A stretch of DNA of 52,128 nt from a virus (Duplodnaviria; Caudoviricetes), in the IMG/VR virus record IMGVR_UViG_3300034101_005442, positions 1-52,128 of that record. One strand, 5' to 3'. Each line of letters begins with the position of its first letter. The stretch's first letter is position 1. Of the stretch, positions 49,233-52,128 are shown piece after piece. The translations under genes were made by a program, and so were the position numbers. The notes under the pieces were generated by a model. The model saw only the letters and a program-made list of their open reading frames with translations, had not been told where the DNA came from and ran no database searches.

Positions 49233-49410
49233 CCCGCAAATTTGACGTAAAGCCTTACGAGATAATGACTTACAACGAGGGAGCATAGCAAATGGTGTGC
49301 CAAAGAATAATATATTTTATGGTATGGTATTTGCTCATGAAAAAAATCTCAAAAAAAACATTTGTACACTATTGACGCCTAAAGAATCTTTGGTATAATG
49401 TCGATATAAG
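49233..49410 (+). repeat. Regulatory cassette copy 1 (left-truncated)
   Basis: One 11-7-11 palindrome (49246-49274); sigma-54 sites at 49287-49302 (minus strand, TGGCACACCATTTGCT) and 49320-49335 (plus); TTGACG 49372 / TATAAT 49394; TAAA-N16-GTCGATAT. Confidence 0.85.
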
Positions 49411-49445
49411 AAGTAAGAGAGAAAAAGAAAAAAAAGGAAAAGAAC

Positions 49446-49613
49446 ATGACATACTTCATTCAGATTTTCGATGCTTGGGATTGTGAGTTGGATTTCATCG
49501 GCCCGTTCAACACTGAGAACGAAGCACATGAGGCCGGTTGGAGCAAGTGGGAAGGTGACGATAACGCCTATGGTAGCCGAATCATCAAAAGGCTTCCCGC
49601 TTCGACTCACTGA
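49446..49613 (+). CDS. 55-aa acidic protein (not in ORF track), paralogue of 50214..50378
   Basis: MTYFIQIFDAWDCELDFIGPFNTENEAHEAGWSKWEGDDNAYGSRIIKRLPASTH; AAGGAA RBS; downstream of the cassette promoter. Confidence 0.85.
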   Translation: MTYFIQIFDAWDCELDFIGPFNTENEAHEAGWSKWEGDDNAYGSRIIKRLPASTH

Positions 49614-49624
49614 AAAATATTCTC

Positions 49625-49660
49625 TAAGGGCTTGACGAACGATTGCCGATAACGTACACT
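49625..49660 (+). promoter_or_regulatory. Overlapping sigma-70 and sigma-28-like promoter
   Basis: TTGACG(49632)-N17-TACACT(49655), with TAAG(49625)-N16-GCCGATAA(49645). Confidence 0.7.
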
Positions 49661-49690
49661 AGAATCATCACAAGGAAAAAGGAAAGAATC

Positions 49691-49933
49691 ATGAGCAACG
49701 ATTTTATCTACGACATGAGCGAAATCAACGAAGAGAACATGTTCAAGGCTTGGGAAGAAATGGTAGCCGAAGATGGTAGCATCTGGGAAACGGGATACGA
49801 TGATGATACCGATTACATTCCGGGCCTTGACGATGGCGAAGGATACGACCCGATCATGGGCGATGGCGAAGGATTCGATGAAACGGACGATGGATGGCTG
49901 GACGATTTCCAGGGCGAAGAGGATTTTGCCTAG
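49691..49933 (+). CDS. 80-aa extremely acidic protein (candidate DNA mimic)
   Basis: Start re-called to ATG 49691 after AAGGAA; 29 D/E against 1 K and 0 R; internal DGEG(Y/F)D repeat. Confidence 0.8.
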   Translation: MSNDFIYDMSEINEENMFKAWEEMVAEDGSIWETGYDDDTDYIPGLDDGEGYDPIMGDGEGFDETDDGWLDDFQGEEDFA

Positions 49934-49942
49934 GGGATACAT

Positions 49943-50183
49943 CCCCCACTAGGGGGAAAGGCTTGACGTAAACCCTTGCTACATAAGCACTTACGTCAAA
50001 TTTTCGGCCGAAAAATCGTCGTAAACCCTTATGCCACAACGACTTACATCAAATGCCCACAGCAAATGCTATGCCGAAAATAATATATTCTATGGTATGA
50101 TATTTGCTGAACATAACCTTACGATATTGTAAGGAAACTTTTTTGTTGACGATTCAAGATACCATGGTATAATGTCGATATAA
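49943..50183 (+). repeat. Regulatory cassette copy 2 (complete)
   Basis: CCCCCACTAGGGGG; palindromes at 49967 and 50020; TTTTCGGCCGAAAA; sigma-54 sites 50061-50076 (minus) and 50093-50108 (plus); CCTTAC-N6-GTAAGG 50117-50134; TTGACG 50146 / TATAAT 50168; TCAA-N16-GTCGATAT. Confidence 0.9.
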
Positions 50184-50213
50184 AGAGAAAAGGAAAAGAA
50201 AAAGGAAAATAAA

Positions 50214-50378
50214 ATGACATACTTTGCTCAAATCGTAGACGCTTGGGATTGTGAACTAGACTTCCTTGGCCCATTCTATACTGAGGAACAGGCGACCGCC
50301 GCCGCTTTCGACAAGTGGGACGGTGAGGATGGATGTAGGGTAAATATCATCAAAAGACTTCCGGCTTTTTCTCACTGA
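50214..50378 (+). CDS. 54-aa acidic protein (not in ORF track), paralogue of 49446..49613
   Basis: MTYFAQIVDAWDCELDFLGPFYTEEQATAAAFDKWDGEDGCRVNIIKRLPAFSH; many synonymous differences from the paralogue show it is coding. Confidence 0.85.
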   Translation: MTYFAQIVDAWDCELDFLGPFYTEEQATAAAFDKWDGEDGCRVNIIKRLPAFSH

Positions 50379-50398
50379 AAAAATATTTTCTAGTGGGG

Positions 50399-50426
50399 TT
50401 GACGTAGGATTGCCGATAAGTATACT
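50399..50426 (+). promoter_or_regulatory. Sigma-70 promoter with embedded GCCGATAA
   Basis: TTGACG(50399)-N16-TATACT(50421); GCCGATAA at 50412; homologous to the 49625 promoter, but the sigma-28 -35 element is poor. Confidence 0.65.
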
Positions 50427-50443
50427 AGGGAAAAGGAAAAGAA

Positions 50444-50638
50444 ATGACACTGAATACAGAAATCTCGACGAGTTATGATGGTAAGCGGTATACGGGCTTG
50501 GTTGTGGAAATCAAGATGGTACAGAATCGTGAGTTGATCACGATCATGATTGAAGATGATTCGCGGAATGATGGCATAGGGTATCGTAGCCTTTATGCCG
50601 ATAAGATGAGCGAAACATCCGAAAACCTTTTCGCATAA
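50444..50638 (+). CDS. 64-aa small beta-barrel-like (SH3/Sm-like) protein, paralogue of 51209..51406
   Basis: Shared Y..G..(Y/F)TG..V.....L.TI...GYRS.Y.DK; AAGGAA RBS. The fold is inference. Confidence 0.75.
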   Translation: MTLNTEISTSYDGKRYTGLVVEIKMVQNRELITIMIEDDSRNDGIGYRSLYADKMSETSENLFA

Positions 50639-50646
50639 GGAAAAAA

Positions 50647-50967
50647 ATGAATAGTTTTGCAAGATTAAATCGTATTGGAATGGAATCGAATGCTACTAAA
50701 AATAAGGTAAGATACTTGCGTGAAAAATATAATCTTGGATATGATATGCAACCCAAGGAAAAAACAATGTCCGTTTCCGAAATGATTTGCAAACTAGAAT
50801 CCCATGGATTGATCGTGCAGCGGTTGGAGCACGATAATGGTACGCTACACGTTGACGGCTATCATCCTCCCCATTGTAAGGGGCTGCCCGATTGGCTGTA
50901 TGATTGCCCCGGTTGGGGGGTATCGTCATGCGGGGCTTCTAGGGTTTTCATGTTCAAGGTGGGCTAA
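50647..50967 (+). CDS. Hypothetical protein (possible second start at MSVSEM, 50767)
   Basis: AAGGAAAA RBS precedes both ATG 50647 and the in-frame ATG 50767. Confidence 0.6.
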   Translation: MNSFARLNRIGMESNATKNKVRYLREKYNLGYDMQPKEKTMSVSEMICKLESHGLIVQRLEHDNGTLHVDGYHPPHCKGLPDWLYDCPGWGVSSCGASRVFMFKVG

Positions 50968-51188
50968 CCCCCCACTAGGGGTACACACTCGACGTAAACC
51001 CTTGCTGTATAAGCACTTACGTCAAATTTTCGGCCGCAAAATCGTCGTAAACCCTTATGGCATAACGACTTACGACGAATCGACATAGCAAACGATATGC
51101 CAAAGAATAATATATTCTCTGAAAAAAATAAAAAAAATAAAAGATTTTGCTTGCAACCTAAAGATGAGCCTGTATAATGCCGATATAG
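50968..51188 (+). repeat. Regulatory cassette copy 3 (plus-strand sigma-54 arm replaced by A-tracts)
   Basis: Palindromes at 50993 and 51046; sigma-54 site 51087-51102 (minus, TGGCATATCGTTTGCT); TTGCAA 51151 / TATAAT 51173; TAAA(51159)-N16-GCCGATAT(51179). Confidence 0.9.
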
Positions 51189-51208
51189 AAAGAACAGGAG
51201 AAAGAAAA

Positions 51209-51406
51209 ATGGAAATGAAAATCGGAAACGTTGCCAAGGTCGAATATGCTACGGGTGAGAAGTTTACGGGTGAAATCGTAAAGGTTCGCACCATGTCCGA
51301 CAATCGTATTCTGTTCACGATCCACGATGAAACCGTAGGGTATCGTTCGATGTATACCGACAAGTGTGTGTCTCTGGAAACGCTGGAACTACAGCCCCTT
51401 GATTGA
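51209..51406 (+). CDS. 65-aa small beta-barrel-like protein, paralogue of 50444..50638
   Basis: Start re-called to ATG 51209 after AGGAG; FTGEIV..LFTI..GYRSMYTDK. Confidence 0.8.
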   Translation: MEMKIGNVAKVEYATGEKFTGEIVKVRTMSDNRILFTIHDETVGYRSMYTDKCVSLETLELQPLD

Positions 51407-51411
51407 GGGGG

Positions 51412-51440
51412 TTGTGCCTATAAAAAAAGTTTGCTACACT
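51412..51440 (+). promoter_or_regulatory. Sigma-70-like promoter
   Basis: TTGTGC-N17-TACACT upstream of ATG 51473. Confidence 0.5.
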
Positions 51441-51472
51441 ACATCATCATCCCAACCCATAGGAAAACAACA

Positions 51473-51799
51473 ATGACCACTAGCCCTATCCTTCGTGAGT
51501 TTCGCCGCGGCATCATCAACTGGTTTGAGGGTATCGCAATCCCTCACCAGCCTAGCGTTGCCGATGGTGTGTATACGCCGATTCGCAGCGAAAAGGTGAT
51601 GAAGTTCAATCGTAAGGCTCTCCGCCAAATCGGAAAGGCTAAGGCTGAAAAGGTTGATCCCCGCTATAGTGGGGGTGATGATCGTATGATCGTAAAGGTT
51701 GGAAAGCCCGGCTCGGCTGAACGTAAGGCAGCATTAGCAGAACAGTATGCCGCTATTCTCGCCTGCGGAGAGGAAGTATCCCCCTTTTCGGAGGGGTAA
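51473..51799 (+). CDS. 108-aa basic hypothetical protein
   Basis: Start re-called to ATG 51473 after AGGAAAA; ends just before cassette copy 4. Confidence 0.75.
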   Translation: MTTSPILREFRRGIINWFEGIAIPHQPSVADGVYTPIRSEKVMKFNRKALRQIGKAKAEKVDPRYSGGDDRMIVKVGKPGSAERKAALAEQYAAILACGEEVSPFSEG

Positions 51800-51808
51800 G
51801 GGTATATA

Positions 51809-52050
51809 CCCCCATTAGTGGCACACACTTGACGTAAACCCTTGCTGCATAAGCACTTACGTCAAATTTTCGGCCGCAAAATCGTCGTAAACCCTTACTG
51901 TATAAGCACTTACGTCGAATGACTATAGCAAACGATATGCCGAAGAATAACTTATTCTATGGTATAATATTTGCTCTAGGAAACCTTACGATATTGTAAG
52001 TTTTTTTTTGCTTGCAATCTAAAGAATGGTCTGTATAATGTCGATAGATA
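51809..52050 (+). repeat. Regulatory cassette copy 4 (complete)
   Basis: Palindromes at 51833 and 51886; sigma-54 sites 51927-51942 (minus) and 51960-51975 (plus); CCTTACGATATTGTAAG at 51984; TTGCAA 52012 / TATAAT 52034; TAAA-N16-GTCGATAG. Confidence 0.9.
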
Positions 52051-52072
52051 AGAAAGAAAGAGAGAAAGAGAA

Positions 52073-52128
52073 ATGAACAGCCTCGATAAGATTCTGGCAT
52101 CTATGCGGTCTGGCAAGTATGGTAGCGT
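52073..52128 (+). CDS. Hypothetical protein, 5' end (runs off window)
   Basis: MNSLDKILASMRSGKYGS..., following cassette copy 4 and a purine-only leader. Confidence 0.65.
   Translation, partial: MNSLDKILASMRSGKYGS

Noticed and set aside
49335-51628. Minus-strand ORFs in the right-hand region and plus-strand ORF 50837..51088
   Set aside because: They are antisense to, or overlap, plus-strand genes that have promoters, RBSs and paralogue support, or they run through the non-coding cassettes.
49233-52050. Repeats as a CRISPR array
   Set aside because: Units are 180-240 bp and separated by 0.5-0.8 kb of genes, not 30-40 nt spacers; no cas genes in the window.
49943-52050. Repeats as classical integron attC sites
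   Set aside because: No consistent RYYYAAC/GTTRRRY ends, the units carry their own promoters, and no integron integrase is in the window.
1-52128. Stop-codon reassignment, tRNA or rRNA genes
   Set aside because: Genes tile densely under the standard code and use all three stops; no cloverleaf or rRNA-like segment was recognised by eye (tRNAscan-SE not run).

Overview
The window is part of a large, AT-rich tailed phage (Caudoviricetes) genome and has three zones. (1) 1-26 kb, minus strand: a late/virion operon with a phage sigma-70-family factor, GDP-mannose 4,6-dehydratase (gmd), HNH and ERCC4 nucleases, terminase large subunit, portal, prohead protease-scaffold, decoration protein, major capsid protein, and then long tail-fibre, LamG and beta-helix proteins. 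(2) 26.6-49 kb, minus strand: an accessory island of Cys-rich, Pro/Thr-linker modular proteins built by duplication and domain shuffling. It holds proteases of four families (subtilisin S8, trypsin-like S1, papain-like C1, leishmanolysin-like zinc metalloprotease plus a probably inactive paralogue) and an IgGFc-binding-domain protein. A motif (A/G)GTGTAY lies 20-51 nt upstream of ten minus-strand genes and is a candidate late promoter. (3) 49.2-52.1 kb, plus strand and visibly more GC-rich: small early-type genes separated by four copies of a 180-240 bp cassette. Each cassette stacks 11-7-11 bp palindromes, back-to-back sigma-54 (-24/-12) sites and an overlapping sigma-70/sigma-28 promoter at fixed spacings. 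This multi-sigma cassette array is the most novel-looking system here. All product calls come from motifs read by eye and gene context; no database search was run.
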